From assembly GCA_965200875.1 (NCBI GenBank), contig OZ241456.1, positions 352,001-416,000 on the forward strand: a DNA stretch of 64,000 bases, given 5' to 3'. A program made the position numbers and the translations under genes. This document shows positions 48,397 through 58,800 of the stretch, piece after piece. Position 1 is the first letter of the stretch, and each line of letters begins with the position of its first letter. Below the pieces are notes generated by a model that was not told where the DNA came from, made no database searches, and saw only the letters and a list, made by a program, of their open reading frames with translations. The stretch is from Bdellovibrionales bacterium. Lineage in GTDB: Bacteria > Bdellovibrionota > Bdellovibrionia > Bdellovibrionales > UBA1609.

Positions 48397-49350
48397 ATGC
48401 AGATGAAAAAATCCATATTTGAAGGTGCTGAAAAAAAACTGGAAGTGATTTTTTCTCCTGTTATGGAGCCTCTAAGAAATAAACCAGAGGCTTTTTGGAA
48501 AACCCTTTGTGAAAAATCAAATGCCCATATTGTGTCCTGTTTTTCCAATTCTTTTTGTGACTCTTATGTGTTGTCTGAGTCTAGTCTGTTTGTGTGGGAC
48601 CATCGCCTACTTATACTGACCTGTGGCAACACCTCTTTGGTTGACTCTATTTTGGTTTTGTTGAAGAGCTTTAAGAAAGCGGATATGGAGTTAATATTTT
48701 ATCAAAGAAAAAATGAATTTTTCCCTTATAAACAAAAAACTTCTTTTATGGAGGATCTTGAAAAGATCCGAAAAAAAATCCCAGGCCAGGCTTATTGTTT
48801 TGGAGTCCCGGAGGAGCGTCATTTTTATTTATTTCACTCAGAAGGGCAATGTCGTCCCGATCAATCCGATCGCACTATTGAAATACTGATGTATGATTTG
48901 GATGATCATATAAAAAAGCTGTTTTTTACAGCGGATTCTGCCGGGGATATTAAAAATCGTCTTGGCTTGGAACATTTTTTTGAAAATGCAGAGGTGGATG
49001 ATTATATTTTTAAACCAGTTGGATATTCTTTAAACGGTCTGGTGGGAAAGAATCAATATTATACCATTCATGTGACTCCTCAGGATCCAGGCTTTTATGT
49101 CAGCTTTGAAACAAATGTTGCTGAAAAGTCTGTTAATGAGATTATAGAGCGGGTAATATCCCTATTTAAACCCCTCAGTTTTGATGTTATAGTGTTTTCT
49201 TCTGATTCCTGTGGAGTGGCGGAAACATATAAGAAAAACTCCTTTACTCAGTCCTCTCATTTTTTCAGAAGGCTTGAGTGTGGATATCGGGTTAACTTTT
49301 TCAGCTTTTTTACACCCTATAAGAGTCCGCGTTTGGCTCTTGAATTATAA
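48397..49350 (+). CDS. speD: S-adenosylmethionine decarboxylase proenzyme, eukaryote-type fold
   Basis: FEGAEKKLEV, SYVLSE|SSLFV autocleavage site, LTCG.T, GYSLNG, YYTIHVTP, SFETN; upstream of speE. Confidence 0.9.
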   Translation: MQMKKSIFEGAEKKLEVIFSPVMEPLRNKPEAFWKTLCEKSNAHIVSCFSNSFCDSYVLSESSLFVWDHRLLILTCGNTSLVDSILVLLKSFKKADMELIFYQRKNEFFPYKQKTSFMEDLEKIRKKIPGQAYCFGVPEERHFYLFHSEGQCRPDQSDRTIEILMYDLDDHIKKLFFTADSAGDIKNRLGLEHFFENAEVDDYIFKPVGYSLNGLVGKNQYYTIHVTPQDPGFYVSFETNVAEKSVNEIIERVISLFKPLSFDVIVFSSDSCGVAETYKKNSFTQSSHFFRRLECGYRVNFFSFFTPYKSPRLALEL

Positions 49351-49421
49351 CTGAAGGGTGGTCGCGTCTTTAGGGAAACCTGTTTTTTCACAGGTGATTC
49401 TTAGGAAAGAGAGGTTTTGAA

Positions 49422-50315
49422 GTGGCAAATGAGAGCAAAAAACCGGCTTGGGAAGAAAAAACTTCTCCCATGGATTTGTGGGTGGAGGAGCGTCACAGGC
49501 ATTACTATGGTACACGCTTTCGGTGCAGGCAGGTACTTTTTTCCGGTAAAAGTGAATATCAATATATTGATGTGGTGGAAACAGAAGGGCACGGACGCAT
49601 ATTGCTTAACGATGGAGTTGTCATGTTGAGTGAAAAAGATGAATTTGTGTACCATGAAATGATGGCACATGTTCCCTTGTGTGTTCATCATTATCCGGAA
49701 AAAGTATTGATTATTGGAGGAGGGGATGGAGGGACAGCTCGTGAGGTGCTTCGCCATGAAAATATTGCTCAATGCGTATTAGTGGAAATTGACAAAATGG
49801 TTGTGGAAACCGCTAAAAAATATTTTCCAAAAATAGCTTGTTCTTTTGAAACTCCGCGACTGAACTTGAAAATCCAAGATGGTGCACAGTTTGTAAAAGA
49901 GACAAAACAAAAATTTGATGTGGTATTAGTGGACTCCACAGATCCTTTTGGACCAGCAAAAGCATTGTTTAGTGAGGCTTTTTACAAAGACATATTTAAG
50001 CTACTTTCTGATGAGGGTTTGTTGGTGGTGCAGGCGGAGTCACCGTTTTTTGAACTACCCACCCAAAAGTTTATTTTACAATCCTTAAAATCTGTTTTTC
50101 CTTTAACCGCTTTGTATAATTACAGCAACACAGTTTATCCGGGAGGGCTTTGGTCTTTTGCTTTCGCCTCTAGGAAATATCATCCTGTAAAACATTTTCA
50201 GGAGGCAAGAGCAAAAAAACTGGATGGAAAGTTATCTTATTATAATACAGATATTCATAGAGCTGGTTTCGCTCAACCGGAATTTGTGAAACAATACTTA
50301 AAAGAGGTTTTATAA
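49422..50315 (+). CDS. speE: Polyamine aminopropyltransferase (spermidine synthase)
   Basis: DEFVYHEMM, VLIIGGGDGG, VEID, VDSTDP. Confidence 0.95.
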   Translation: MANESKKPAWEEKTSPMDLWVEERHRHYYGTRFRCRQVLFSGKSEYQYIDVVETEGHGRILLNDGVVMLSEKDEFVYHEMMAHVPLCVHHYPEKVLIIGGGDGGTAREVLRHENIAQCVLVEIDKMVVETAKKYFPKIACSFETPRLNLKIQDGAQFVKETKQKFDVVLVDSTDPFGPAKALFSEAFYKDIFKLLSDEGLLVVQAESPFFELPTQKFILQSLKSVFPLTALYNYSNTVYPGGLWSFAFASRKYHPVKHFQEARAKKLDGKLSYYNTDIHRAGFAQPEFVKQYLKEVL

Positions 50316-51569
50316 CAAAAGCTGTTTTGTTTCTTTGTCAGACAAATGTTTTAACTGGTTATTAATTCTGTCTATGGCTTTTCGTGTGTTTTTTAATATA
50401 TCATTTTGCTTTTTTTCCATAGTCTTTCTGTATTGCTCTTGGTTGAGCACAAGAGAAAACAGGTTAATGGTAAACTGTGAGTTCAATATTTTAAGCCGGT
50501 TCATGGTCTTTTTTTCTAACTCTCTTAAAATTTTTAATTCTTGCAAGAGCTTTGTTTTTTGCTGTTCTCTTTGTCTTTGTTCTTTTCTTTTTTTCTTTTG
50601 AAGTTTTTTTATTTCCAAAGCACTCATATTTCTTCCATAGCCCATAGCTTTATGTTTTTTTTGTGCCTGTTCCTGTCTTTTTCTCTCCTCGTTTTTTTGT
50701 TTCTTTTTGGCTTTTCGCTCTTCTTTATTTCTTTCCGCGATATCTTTTCGATTTTCTCTTTTTTCTGGAGGCTTCTTTGTTTCTGGAAGTGTCGCAAGTT
50801 TTTTTGTTTTTGCATTCATGATATTATTTAGTCGCTGATTTTCCTTAAATTGATTCAGAAGATTTACGATTTGACTATCTTGAGAAAATTGTGAGTGATA
50901 TTTAATAACAGATAAACCAGACCGATCTCTGATTTTTATGTCTGCATTATGTTTCAGAAGAAGTTTTACAGTTTCCAAGTTTCTGCTGTTATGGAGGGGT
51001 GTTCGCCCTCTGTTATCCTGTGCGTTTGGATTTGCCTTGTAATGTAGTAGTATTTCCGCGATTTCCCGATCTATGGCCAAGTGAAGGGGAGTTTCTTTTA
51101 TTATGTTTTCCGAATGCACTAGGGAAGGATCGATTTTCAAAGCGGCTAGCACAATTTTTTGATTTCCGACATGGACCATAAGAAAGAAAGGAGGGAAGTT
51201 TAATAAAGTTCCGTCATACAGTCTTCTTGGATTTTCTTTCATCAGTGCTATTGTGTCTTCTGTTGCTCTATTAATGATAGAATCAAATAAGGGGTTTGGA
51301 AGAGTAAAATAGTTTTTTGCTTTTACTGTTATATGCTTTTTATCTATTAAATATCGTAATATTTCCTCTCTGGTTTTATCTGCCGTGACAAAAGATTTCA
51401 GATCGGATTCAAAAGCTTTTTCCTGACTCCACTGTCTGCCAATAAGAAAATAACGTAATAGAGTTTCTGTGAATTGTTGGTGTACGGGACGTTCAAAGGC
51501 TTTTCTGCATACTGTATTGGCCACAACATGGTAAGTCCCTAAAAAAAATAATAAAAATATCCATTTCAT
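50310..51569 (-). CDS. Exported ankyrin-repeat protein with a basic coiled-coil tail
   Basis: Signal peptide; ETPLHLA...LLHYKANPNAQDNRGRTPLH...LLLKHNADI. Confidence 0.85.
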   Translation of the reverse strand: MKWIFLLFFLGTYHVVANTVCRKAFERPVHQQFTETLLRYFLIGRQWSQEKAFESDLKSFVTADKTREEILRYLIDKKHITVKAKNYFTLPNPLFDSIINRATEDTIALMKENPRRLYDGTLLNFPPFFLMVHVGNQKIVLAALKIDPSLVHSENIIKETPLHLAIDREIAEILLHYKANPNAQDNRGRTPLHNSRNLETVKLLLKHNADIKIRDRSGLSVIKYHSQFSQDSQIVNLLNQFKENQRLNNIMNAKTKKLATLPETKKPPEKRENRKDIAERNKEERKAKKKQKNEERKRQEQAQKKHKAMGYGRNMSALEIKKLQKKKRKEQRQREQQKTKLLQELKILRELEKKTMNRLKILNSQFTINLFSLVLNQEQYRKTMEKKQNDILKNTRKAIDRINNQLKHLSDKETKQLLL

Positions 51570-51762
51570 AATGATAACTCTCTATCATTTGTTGGTTTGT
51601 TTATACTTTTATAGTTTGATATTTCAATATCTTTTTTCCACTTGGACAAATCAATATTCTTTTATTGTGCGGGAAATGCACAGGTAAATATATTGAGGGT
51701 GTAAAAATTACAAAAAGATATATCAATCTGCTTGATTGAGTGGCTTATGCAGAAAGACCCTG

Positions 51763-52548
51763 TTAAAGAGTGGAAATAGTGGATTGCCACTTTTTAACGA
51801 GCTTTGTGAACTGAGAGTGCTCATAGTTGAATAATCGTTTTTTTCGATTTTTAAAATCAGGGTCTTTTGCCTGAATAATTTGTATTACGGTTTTCAGGTG
51901 ATGATCCTCTTCCTGCAAGATGAAATTCAATTTAAATCGAATGGGTTTTGAAATCACTGGATCGCGGACAGAAGCAGATTGCCCCTTGTTTTTTTTATCA
52001 TCAGAATCAGAAATTGCTGTTCGACTTAAAACTTCATTGTAGAGTTTGTAAAGCATGATAGCGCGTTCTTCTATCATCCATGTTGTGTAAAGATAATTAA
52101 GTATATTTTTTCGGGAGGAGTTGGCCAGATCCTCTTCCGCATTGTGATCAATGGCTTGAAAGTAATCTTCAGAATCTGCACCTTTTATCAGGTATTTTTC
52201 CTCAAAAGAGGGGCAATCAGCCGGTGAAAGTTTATGAGCTAGGGTTTTAAAGTAAAAAGCGTGGCGGGCTTCTTCGCTGATATGCTGAAGGAGAGTTAAA
52301 TCCAAGGAGGCGGAATTTTGACTTTTGATTATTTTACGAGAGCCAATATGCTCCATGAAAGCTAGGGTATTCAGCCAGTGAGTATGTTGTTTTGTATTTT
52401 GAACCACTTTTTCCAAAAAAGTTTTTAAGTCGGTTTTTATATTTTCCTGGGTTGAACTTTCATGAGTTGTGTTTTCTTCCATTTTGGAAATTTTTTTTGG
52501 AAATTTGGCTTTTTCCACCTCGATTTGATTTGTACTTTTTTTATACAT
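51763..52548 (-). CDS. Ferritin-like putative di-iron protein
   Basis: E...EEARH and E...EEDHH ligand pattern; AGGAG RBS before ATG 52548. Confidence 0.7.
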   Translation of the reverse strand: MYKKSTNQIEVEKAKFPKKISKMEENTTHESSTQENIKTDLKTFLEKVVQNTKQHTHWLNTLAFMEHIGSRKIIKSQNSASLDLTLLQHISEEARHAFYFKTLAHKLSPADCPSFEEKYLIKGADSEDYFQAIDHNAEEDLANSSRKNILNYLYTTWMIEERAIMLYKLYNEVLSRTAISDSDDKKNKGQSASVRDPVISKPIRFKLNFILQEEDHHLKTVIQIIQAKDPDFKNRKKRLFNYEHSQFTKLVKKWQSTISTL

Positions 52549-52587
52549 TTTTTGCACTCCTGTTTTATTCAGCCAGTAGGAAAAATC

Positions 52588-52646
52588 TATTAACATCTTA
52601 TGATACTTGATTTTTTTATAAAAAATCTTAAAAATAACTGCAAGGA
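52588..52646 (-). repeat. Interspersed repeat fragment
   Basis: tacttgatttttttataaa (52604-52622) is identical to the reverse complement of the 12734-12752 core; flanking ttaac and tgcaag at near-conserved spacing. Confidence 0.55.
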
Positions 52647-52755
52647 AAATCCACATCTGAATAAATGGCATGTTTTTTGACGAGATTCCTGCATCTATGG
52701 AGAAATAGAGTTGCATTTAAAAGTTCACCGAGGTCCAGCTGGTACTGTTTTTGAT

Positions 52756-54171
52756 ATGATTCTTAAACCTTCCGCGAAAATTCATATTATGGGAGTGTGT
52801 GGAACAGCCATGTCTGCCTTGGCGGGATTATTAAAGGAAAAAGGGTATGATGTTCAGGGAAGTGACAGCTCTTTTTACCCCCCTGTATCGGAAGAATTAA
52901 AAAGAATGGGTATTCCTATTCTCAAAGGTTATAAAAAAGAGAATATTCATGAAAACCTGGATTTGATCATTGTGGGAAATGTGATGTCAAAAAACTTTCC
53001 TTCCGCTGAGGCACTTTTAAATTCTCATCTTCCTTATATCAGTTTGCCGTCAGCACTAAACTCCTTCATTATTGGAAATAAAAATACAATTATGGTTTGT
53101 GGGACTCATGGAAAGACCACGACTTCGGGTTTATCTGCTTGGGTTTTACGGGAATGTGGTCTGGATCCTGGTTTTATGGTTGGAGGAGTGACGGAAAATT
53201 TTAAAACAGGGTTTCATTTCAGTGAATCAGATTGGTTTGTTTTAGAGGGGGATGAATATGACACGGCTTTTTTTGAAAAGACACCAAAGTTCATTCATTA
53301 CCATGCCACTCATACTTTGCTGAATAATATTGAGTTTGATCATGCAGATATTTATCGGAATATTAAGGATGTGGAAAAGGCTTTTCGGCTTTTGATAGAG
53401 AAAAAAAATCATTCTTTTTTAATAGCAGGTGTTGATTCTCCTTTGGTGGAAAAGCTTGTGGCCTTTGCAAATCAAAAAGTGATGACTTACGGTATCCACA
53501 AAGGGGATTGGCGTTTGATAGATCGTCAGTCCATTCCCGGAAAAGGGCAGATATTGCAAATAGAGCATTCTTGCCAGGGAATAGAGAAAATTTATATTCC
53601 GCTTCCAGGAGAGCATAATGCTTTAAATGCTTTATCTGTTTGGGTGCTCTCCCGCGTTTTGAATCTCGATAAGAAAAAAACACTTTCCGCTTTTAAAAGC
53701 TTTAAAGGGGTGCGCAGAAGATTTCAGGTTTTGGGTGATTTTTCCGGTATTACTTTAGTAGAGGATTTTGCTCACCATCCCACTGCTGTTTCAGCGGTTT
53801 TGCATTCCGCTCGAGAGATGTATCCTGGTCGGCGTATTCTCGCTGGTTTTGAGCCTCGTTCCAATACCTCCCGGAGAAATATTTTTCAGGAAGAATACCA
53901 AAGTGCATTATCCATAGCGGATTTGGTATTTTGTATGTCGGCACACAATACTTCCCGTATTTTGGAGTCAGAGCGATTTTCCTCGAAAAAATTAGTGAAT
54001 GCACTGCAAAAAAATGGAAAACCGGCTTTTTACGCAGAAAATCCTCGGTCCATGACAGAACTGATCCAAAAAAAAGCTTTAAAAGGAGATGTGATTTTAC
54101 TGATGAGTAATGGGGACTTTGGAGGAATTTACTCTCTACTAAAAAACGCACTCGTTCAGCCGAGTATTTGA
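52756..54171 (+). CDS. mpl: Murein peptide ligase (MurC-like, peptidoglycan recycling)
   Basis: IHIMGVCGTAM, YPP.S, GTHGKTTT, EGDEYDTAFFEK, EFDHADIY, DFAHHPTA, EPRSNT, MSNGDFGG. Confidence 0.92.
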   Translation: MILKPSAKIHIMGVCGTAMSALAGLLKEKGYDVQGSDSSFYPPVSEELKRMGIPILKGYKKENIHENLDLIIVGNVMSKNFPSAEALLNSHLPYISLPSALNSFIIGNKNTIMVCGTHGKTTTSGLSAWVLRECGLDPGFMVGGVTENFKTGFHFSESDWFVLEGDEYDTAFFEKTPKFIHYHATHTLLNNIEFDHADIYRNIKDVEKAFRLLIEKKNHSFLIAGVDSPLVEKLVAFANQKVMTYGIHKGDWRLIDRQSIPGKGQILQIEHSCQGIEKIYIPLPGEHNALNALSVWVLSRVLNLDKKKTLSAFKSFKGVRRRFQVLGDFSGITLVEDFAHHPTAVSAVLHSAREMYPGRRILAGFEPRSNTSRRNIFQEEYQSALSIADLVFCMSAHNTSRILESERFSSKKLVNALQKNGKPAFYAENPRSMTELIQKKALKGDVILLMSNGDFGGIYSLLKNALVQPSI

Positions 54172-54385
54172 TTAGCGCGACATAGTATTTGTATTGCGTC
54201 AAATTTTTTACTTATCTTATAGTCCAATGAAATGTTAGGTCTTTGTTAAGAAGTATTTTATTGCTTTATTGTTCTCATAATGAGTTTTAAGAATAATTTT
54301 GAATATAGTTTTCTAGGGGTAACGAGGCTTTTTTTCATCTGTTTTTTCACCTTCAAAAGTAAAGGGTTGAAGAGGTTTATTTTAA

Positions 54386-55528
54386 ATGAAAAAGTTTTTG
54401 TGGTTTTGCTTCTTGGTTCCCATTTCCATTCAGGCTCAGCTCCAAGACAGTCACTTTTACAAAGTGGATGATAGAGAAGTGTCCTCTGATTTTAAAGTGG
54501 ACAGTTTTTGGAAAACGCATATAGAGGGTTTTTTTATCAGCAACAGAGAAGGGCGTGAACGACTGATGAAGGTCAAACTCTATGGCAAATTTGACTTGGA
54601 GTTCAACTCCTATATATCCGCTAAATTTGAACCTTATCTTGTTGTAAAGGAAGGGGAAGTTCAACGACGTTTTGTTCGTCCTGAATCTTCTATTATACAA
54701 ATGCGCCAAGGTTTTTTCGACATAAGACCCGCTGATGGTTTTAATCTGCAAATAGGAGCTGTTAATCAGGAGTATTTAAGCTCACCTCTTCTGATATCCG
54801 ATCACGCATTTTTGTCTGCGTTGTTTGGTTATTCTTACATAAAGAAGAAGTATGAAGTGCAAACAGTCATACAGCAAAGTATGCCTTCCATTGTTAACTC
54901 TTTTAACAGATACAATGAAATAGCGGATGCACCATTATTTACTTCCTGGTTCACTTATGGAGAGTGGATTCCCTCAGATTATTATTCCTTTAAAGGTCAT
55001 GTTACCGGTTTTTATTTTAACAGTCTTCCTTCTTTTATTGCCCATCAAAGTAAAAGTTACGGGAATACTATCTTGGGCCAAAAATCCAGTGCTGAGTTTG
55101 CTTACTCTTATTACGGGTTTAATTTTGATTTCAGTTCACAGATTCGGCTCACACCGGCAATGTACTTTTCTGTTGGCTACAATGGTTTAATGAATATAGG
55201 TGCTCCCACTGGGAAAGCTTGGGGAGAAAGAGTATACAGTATTTTGGACATGGATTTTTGGAAATTTGCCAAACTGTATTCTTATATCGAATATTTTTAT
55301 AATAATTCAGATTCTGCCCCGGCATATTTCAATAGTGAAATTTACGGGCGAAACGACAGAAAAGGTTTTTTAACGGAGATAAAGGCTTTTTTTCCAAACG
55401 GAAATTTTGAGTTGGGTTTTCGTTATGTTTTATCTTCGGCTATTCAAAAACAAATTATCAACTCATCCTTAGGAGACCGGCAACATTATTTTATGGTGTT
55501 TGTAAGTTCACGCTATTCTTCCATGTAA
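54386..55528 (+). CDS. Putative porin-like outer-membrane beta-barrel
   Basis: Signal peptide; aromatic-rich alternating strands throughout. Confidence 0.7.
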   Translation: MKKFLWFCFLVPISIQAQLQDSHFYKVDDREVSSDFKVDSFWKTHIEGFFISNREGRERLMKVKLYGKFDLEFNSYISAKFEPYLVVKEGEVQRRFVRPESSIIQMRQGFFDIRPADGFNLQIGAVNQEYLSSPLLISDHAFLSALFGYSYIKKKYEVQTVIQQSMPSIVNSFNRYNEIADAPLFTSWFTYGEWIPSDYYSFKGHVTGFYFNSLPSFIAHQSKSYGNTILGQKSSAEFAYSYYGFNFDFSSQIRLTPAMYFSVGYNGLMNIGAPTGKAWGERVYSILDMDFWKFAKLYSYIEYFYNNSDSAPAYFNSEIYGRNDRKGFLTEIKAFFPNGNFELGFRYVLSSAIQKQIINSSLGDRQHYFMVFVSSRYSSM

Positions 55529-55592
55529 TTCATTTTTCGTAATTCATTCTTCCTTGTAATCTTAACCAAATGTCTTCCCTGTAATCTTAACC
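55517..55592 (+). repeat. Three direct repeats TCTTCCNTGTAAT
   Basis: 55517-55529, 55548-55560, 55573-55585; the last two extend with cttaacc. Confidence 0.75.
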
Positions 55593-55806
55593 CAGTGAAA
55601 AAAATTATTAGGGAATCCGAAAAACATAACATAAAATCTTTCTATACAGGTCAAGAACATTTTTCCAATGTCATTAAAAATGTTATTTTTTTTGTAATCT
55701 TTCTTTCTCCTCTTGATTTCAGAGATTTTTTTTTTTATAGCGAACACATAAGGTTAAAGTGGTTTTAAAAAAAAACCTTTCTGGTAGGTTTATTAAATAA
55801 AAAATT

Positions 55807-58800
55807 ATGAAAAAAACTATACTTCTTCGAGTTATTATTTTTATTCTTCATGGTTTGTCTTTACCAGACAAATACTTTAGCCGTGTAAAATATCTCCCGT
55901 GGAATCGATTTAAAAATCAGTCTGCTTTCGTATGTAGAAGGCTTGCGATTTTGTTGTCTTTTTCCCTGATGTCTTGCTCTTTTTTTATTAGTGACGACAG
56001 CAGAGGACCCCTTGGGGGCAATACAAATAATGCGAATTTTATTCTGGATCAGGTGGAAGGAAGAGTAGTCACTGCGAGTGTAAATGGTCTGCCAGAGGAA
56101 ATTCAGATATTTTATAAAGCCTGTTTTCGGGATTTCATTCATCAGGATAACACCTTACAAAACAGTGTATTTAAAATTCATCTCTTTGAAACTCCTGATA
56201 TCAGAGGAAATCTAGGAAAAGAAAAAAAAGAAGGAGAACTAAACCGTGTTTCAACAAATAATTCCACCGAGTATTTCCCTGACCCTGAAAATCCTATAAA
56301 CACAAGTATTGAAGAAGGGGAAAACCCTTTGGAGACAGAGGAATGTTCTGAAAGCTCTTCTTTTTTATTTTCTGAGGTTTCCAACAAAAAATCCTGCCTT
56401 AAAATCAGGACTGACTCCAGTGGTTGTTTGATCTGGACAGAAGTATATCCTTATTATCCTGTTAATCAGTCGGTTTGGTTTCACTATAGCCGGACTTTTG
56501 AAGGTACAGGGGTTAATCATGGTGTCATTACTATACCTATGGCTGTCAATCCCTGGTTGTCTTTTGATCCTTCTGGTTCAGCTATTCAGCTTCAGTTAGT
56601 GGATTTGCGTTATCATCCTGTAGATCAAAAATGGAAGCTGGTCAGGTTAAAGGACGAAGATATTACCCAGTGTCTCTCCTGCCCTTCAGATAGGGAAACA
56701 AAAGATTGTGAAATTTGCCAAAAGAAAAAAATGAGTTTATCTTCCGTTATTGCCCATTTTGAAAAACAGGCAGATCGTCCTCGTTTATGGATAGATGAGA
56801 TGGATTCTTCTATCAGTCAGGAACATATTGTTATTGATCAGAATCCAGAGGATATGCCTCAAGAGCAGAGGCAGGCTTTAAAACAATTTAAGGTGTGCCA
56901 TTTTGATGTAAAAGAAAATTGCGATCCACCGGGCCGGTTCTTTAAAGTGAGGTTACGTATACCTCTTCATATTAAAGTGAGAAATTACAGAAATGAAGAA
57001 GAGCTTCTCCCTTTGACTCGCGGAAATTATTCTCTAAAAGCCTATTTGTTTTTACAAGGTAGTGACGGCAGAAATATTGTACTCCACAGGGATATGGATT
57101 TTATATCAACCCCTTTACACCGAGGATCCAAAGGAACTGCTTTAAACCCTGAATTTTATCTTCATATTCCATACGAGAACTACAGTTTACGGGCTTTTTT
57201 AGGGTTAAAAATACAAGCGGAAGGGGAGTTAAAATCTTTTTTTCTTCCGTTTGAAAGTGTGTTTTCTTTTTCAGATCGTTTAAGCAGTGTTATTGAAACA
57301 AACTCTCTAACTTTAGATCGAAACACTTTATCTTTTTATGAAAAACAGCCAGCTAAAACCGAATATTCTCTTATGGATAGCTACAATCTGACGGGTTCTT
57401 GGTTACAAATTAACAGAACGGTTGAGGGTTTTCGGCGAGCAGGCTGGGACATTAAGCTTAATCGTTTTCGGTTTTCGGAGATTAGTATGAGAGAAAACGA
57501 ATGTCCCACACCAGTGGATCGTACTATTCGTTATGTTGGTGAAGTGTGTATTATTGATCCTCTCACTAATAAAGTGGTGCCCAATATTGATATCACCATT
57601 CAGCGACAGGATTTCTTTACCAAAAATTCCCTAGGAGGGGAGATTGTCAATATATCAAGTACATCAACAAATGGTATAAACATAGCTTCATTTAATAAGG
57701 AGGGTAACCACTATGATTTGACCGGCGAACTAGTATCAGAAGAAGATAAATACAAAGCAGACACCAGTGGGTGTTTACAATGGGTGGATCACCTGTACCA
57801 TAAATGGTATGATCGGGAAAAATACTTTGTCAGGAAAATGATTTTTTCGAAAAGAGAATGGGGTTTTGAGGGAGAAAGAATGATTGCCATTAACCCCTGG
57901 CATTGGGGCTTTGTCTTCTTTCAGGATATAACTCAGTTAGGTCAATCTTCTATAAGAACCGATAGAACCGATGCGAGTCGGGCAGCGCGCCCTAAAATTA
58001 TTTTACATGATTTCAGAAGCTTGCTTGTGGATCTTGTTTATACTATTGATCGTTGGCTGGGCATTAATATTTTCCAAAATATATTATTCCTTTTTAAGGC
58101 AAGGGTGGAGCGACCTGACAATATATCCGTAGCATTGGGAGGACAAAGACCTTCCGCTCAGGATCTCAGGAGGGGATATTATTTCCTCCGATTTATCCTC
58201 GTAAAATCACACACAGAAGAAGCAGGTGGCAAAGGCAATATAGTTGTCGACGATCGAGAATTTCGGAAACAATACATTAGATCCCAAGACTTTAATACTA
58301 ATAATGGCTGGAGTATTGGCAGAGAACAAAATCAGACTGGACAAATGATGAATACCAACTTGGAGTATATCACACACTATGAAACTTATGTACAGGTTAG
58401 GGACGGTATTGTAAACGCCTATATCAACTTTTTATTTAATTTGGATCAGTTTATTTTTATTGGCTCAAATAATCGTCTGATTGTTCAGATTTTTCCCACA
58501 GATCCAAAATATTATGTCTACAATCCTGATTCTTGTGAAGTTGATCCTTCAAGATCCATATTTGAACCTTTTGAATATCATGATCTCATAAGCCAACCGT
58601 TTATGGGCACTTTTGTGCCCGGTGATCAAAGAAATTGGAATATCTTTAAACCCTTAAATGATAATGTTAATTTGGATGTTCATAAACAGATAGAGAAATT
58701 TATCAAACAAGGAAAAAACTCTGAGGAGCATCTCTTGTTTATGAAATTGCAAACCAATCTTACTGTTGAAACAATCAATGATGTAAGTTCGAATGCTAGT

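Noticed and set aside
52549..52716. N-terminal extension of the ferritin-like ORF given by the ORF track
   Set aside because: Reads through the repeat fragment and overlaps the mpl upstream region; a clear RBS precedes ATG 52548
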